64,000 nt of DNA from Octopus sinensis (Eukaryota), in the NCBI RefSeq assembly GCF_006345805.1, contig NC_043014.1, forward strand, positions 42,532,001 through 42,596,000, read 5' to 3'. This document shows, piece by piece, positions 63,833 to 64,000 of this stretch. The notes beneath the pieces were generated by a model. The model made no database searches, was not told the origin of the DNA, and was given only the letters and a program-made list of their open reading frames with translations. The translations under genes were made by a program, and so were the position numbers. Positions within the stretch are counted from its first letter, which is position 1; each line of letters opens with the position of its first letter.

Positions 63833-64000
63833 TTAGTCTCAGTAAAATCCTAACTAATGTTTACAAGTATATTATTTTCGAGGATGTTGAATTCTTCTGG
63901 GATTTGAATTTACCACCAGGATGTCATGTAAATTAGATTTGCATTGTGCATGTGGCCACTCTGATCGATCATGTTGCTGAAAGAGAAACGAATAATGTCA

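Overview
AT-rich, microsatellite-dense eukaryotic DNA. It is most likely an octopus or other coleoid intron/intergenic region; this is inferred from recalled repeat families and composition, not from a search. Nearly all ORF-track entries are artefacts of microsatellites or repeats. The window holds several tRNA-derived or RTE-like SINE families (my working labels A, B, C, F, H, J), TTAA-type MITEs (E, G and one more), Tc1/mariner MITEs, Helitron-type elements and one clear CR1 LINE 3' fragment. No host gene is identified with confidence; a few unverified minus-strand exon candidates, several in phase 2, may belong to a long-intron gene. The main signals are: (1) a type I hammerhead ribozyme with intact core at 11279-11365 (-) inside a 58-bp inverted repeat; (2) a five-copy ~200-bp family carrying a variant hammerhead core; (3) SINE-C head-to-tail multimers sharing one junction at three loci; (4) several long near-perfect foldbacks; (5) a MITE carrying TTAGGG repeats. 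Coordinates were counted by hand; repeat edges are approximate (about 10-20 bp).
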